Of a DNA stretch of 64,000 bases, positions 63,101 to 64,000 are shown in pieces. The stretch covers positions 448,001 through 512,000 of the forward strand of contig CBDCNQ010000005.1 in the NCBI GenBank assembly GCA_965219445.1. Reading direction: 5' to 3'. The DNA is from Longimicrobiales bacterium (GTDB taxonomy: Bacteria > Gemmatimonadota > Gemmatimonadetes > Longimicrobiales > Gaopeijiaceae). The number at the start of each line of letters is the position of its first letter. The stretch's first letter is position 1. The position numbers and the translations under genes were made by a program. Below the pieces are notes generated by a model. That model made no database searches, had not been told where the DNA came from, and worked only from the letters and a program-made list of their open reading frames with translations.

Positions 63101-64000
63101 ACCCCGCCATCTCCTCCGCCCGCCGCCGAATCTCCTCCTCCAACTCCGCCCCACCCAGACCCGTCAGATCCTCCCGCGGTAACTCCCACCCCCCAGCCTC
63201 TCCCACCACCTGCCAAGGCTCCCCGTCAATCTCCACAAACGTCGTTCGCAACGACTCATGCCGACCGATCACCTCCCCAATCGCCCACTCTAACCCCCCA
63301 ACATCCAACACCCCAGACAGACGAACTCCCTTCGACACGGTGTAAAACGCATCGCCAGGATACATACGATCCAAAAACCACAGCCGCTCCTGTGCGTGCG
63401 AAAGCCACAAACGCTCCTCGCCCGGGGCTCGCCTCACCCCGCCCTCCTCGACGACCAGCCCACACTCGGCATCCTGCGCAAGAGACGCCACCTCAGGGCT
63501 CTCGAACATCCTCCGGAGCGGGACCTCCACACCAAGCTGGCTTCGGATACGCGTCTGGACCCGCGTGGCCAGAAGCGAATGGCCACCGAGTTCGAAGAAG
63601 TTGTCATGGATCCCGATTTCCTCGACCCCGAGAACCTCGCTCCAGATCTCGGCGATCACCTTTTCGACCCGCGTCCGAGGCTCCACGTACTCGGCGAGTC
63701 CATCTCTTTGGTTCGTCGGCTCCGGTAGGCTGGCCCGGTCGATCTTGCCACTCGGGTTCAGTGGCAACTCGTCCAGTGCCACCAAATAGTTCGGCACCAT
63801 GAACTCAGGAAGTCGATCGCGCAGATACCGACGCACTTCGCCCGTCCCATCCGCCCTTCCCTCCAACACCACATACCCAACCAGTTTTCGGTCCCCCTCC
63901 TCGTCCTCCTGCACTACCACCACCGCGTCACGCACCCGCTCGTGACCCATCAGCACCGACTCGACCTCGCCCGGCTCGATCCGAAATCCTCGCACCTTCA
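60195..64000 (-). CDS. Upstream NRPS, 3' part: (A)-T-C-A-T; continues beyond the window
   Basis: GGHS, HHIVSDG, FTSGTTGTPKG, GGNS; last A-domain code read by hand as DSSKVGHVAK. Confidence 0.96.
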   Translation of the reverse strand, partial: KVRGFRIEPGEVESVLMGHERVRDAVVVVQEDEEGDRKLVGYVVLEGRADGTGEVRRYLRDRLPEFMVPNYLVALDELPLNPSGKIDRASLPEPTNQRDGLAEYVEPRTRVEKVIAEIWSEVLGVEEIGIHDNFFELGGHSLLATRVQTRIRSQLGVEVPLRRMFESPEVASLAQDAECGLVVEEGGVRRAPGEERLWLSHAQERLWFLDRMYPGDAFYTVSKGVRLSGVLDVGGLEWAIGEVIGRHESLRTTFVEIDGEPWQVVGEAGGWELPREDLTGLGGAELEEEIRRRAEEMAGWGFDLERGPLFRAELLRLSDSEHVLLLSMHHIVSDGWSMDVLFRELSVLYEAYGGGSATSPLPELPVQYADYAMWQREWLEGGELARQLTYWKGKLSGAPELLELPTDRARPAVQSHRGGRERFDIPAEVVEGLRALGREEGATLFMVLLAAFKVLMARYSGQEDVVVGTVIANRSREEFEGLIGFFLNTLALRTDLSGEPSFREVLRRVRETTLDAYEHQNLPFEKLVEELNVERSLAHHPVFQVMFTLRSPEKRALKLGELEATSVSTDSHTAKFDLALRILTSRNNADKTHATLEFNANCFTPATVARLSDHFQAVLRAAVEDSSESVWLIPLDSPHRREHHALALQQNPDCGNGGMRLAIDVLEDVAKRHGDDLAIVDAGRSLTYQELRQQALMLASKLVASDLGPERRVGILMDRSAEAIVAIWGTLCAGAAFVPLDVRSPNTRLRQAIETLSLDLVLTDKRDATLVPAPSLRVRLSAAHDTAVDLSPVRTHSENLAYAIFTSGTTGTPKGVLIAHAELARYVEGLLQRLQVEPGARFALVQPLSFDSVVSQIFGAAYAAGTLYIVPESIALDGRAFAQYMKCYNISGLKIVPSHLKALLGSPPNPDALPNHHLVIGGEAAERSWLRSLKAVSPNLRIFNHYGATETSVAISMYEIRTELDWGNAHRGVPLGAPLTDAAIYVLDRHLNPVPEGMIGDIYIGGNRLARGYAGEPGPTAERFIPDPFWSESGTRMYVTGDRGRVNADGEIFFEGRHDSQVKLRGFRVDLKEIEHALMLAATVGDAACIHVLDTDGQGAAKLAAFLRSAGPGELDITEHRRMLMSRLPDYMVPTYMWQVEQVPVTTNGKRDERALREIARARIGEPDVSRCGPASDLEMQLWASWSRAISSPVGSIDREADFFSVGGNSLAVIRLLADLERDVGTVLSVRQIFQASTLSEMANLVERHRAHGPGRAHARPVLRRRR

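Noticed and set aside
49834..63802. Repeated Pro/Ser/Thr-rich plus-strand ORFs
   Set aside because: Antisense shadows of the G-rich NRPS cassettes
48450..64000. CRISPR array or diversity-generating retroelement explaining the repeats
   Set aside because: Repeats are long in-frame coding duplications with no spacers, no adenine-specific variation and no reverse transcriptase in the window

Overview
High-GC bacterial accessory region with three blocks. The lipoprotein style and ADOP permeases suggest a Gemmatimonadota/Acidobacteriota-like host, but that is inference only. (1) 1-21.3 kb is a pile-up of integrative elements: a type IV secretion gene set (virB4-B9-B10-B5-B6/B8), a P4-type integrase satellite remnant, an integrative mobilisable element with a ColE1-style oriT-mobC-mbeA/B/D module, and a convergent ICE arm (T4CP, VirB11, acidic protein, ArdC, Replic_Relax/MOB_C-like relaxase, Xis-like protein, paralogous integrase). 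(2) 21.3-31.5 kb is a decaying defence island: HigBA remnant, YeeA/MmeI-like methyltransferase, DinJ-YafQ, YeeB helicase, YeeC GIY-YIG protein and an intact OLD-type ATPase/TOPRIM nuclease. (3) 31.7-64 kb is the distal part of an NRPS cluster. Its core operon (NRPS, PLP cysteine-synthase-like enzyme, ApgM-like enzyme, trimodular NRPS-TE, NTF2 protein, SDR) is intact. Its accessory zone (PIG-L deacetylase, PPTases, SyrB2-type halogenase, permeases) is broken up by IS3, IS21 and IS256 elements. The NRPS genes are mosaics of near-identical DNA cassettes that break at conserved A3 and T-core motifs. The strongest novelty candidate is an Asp-like A domain with an atypical code sitting directly upstream of the PLP enzyme + ApgM pair. 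I found no rRNA, tRNA or CRISPR array. Family calls come from motif recognition by eye; no searches were run.
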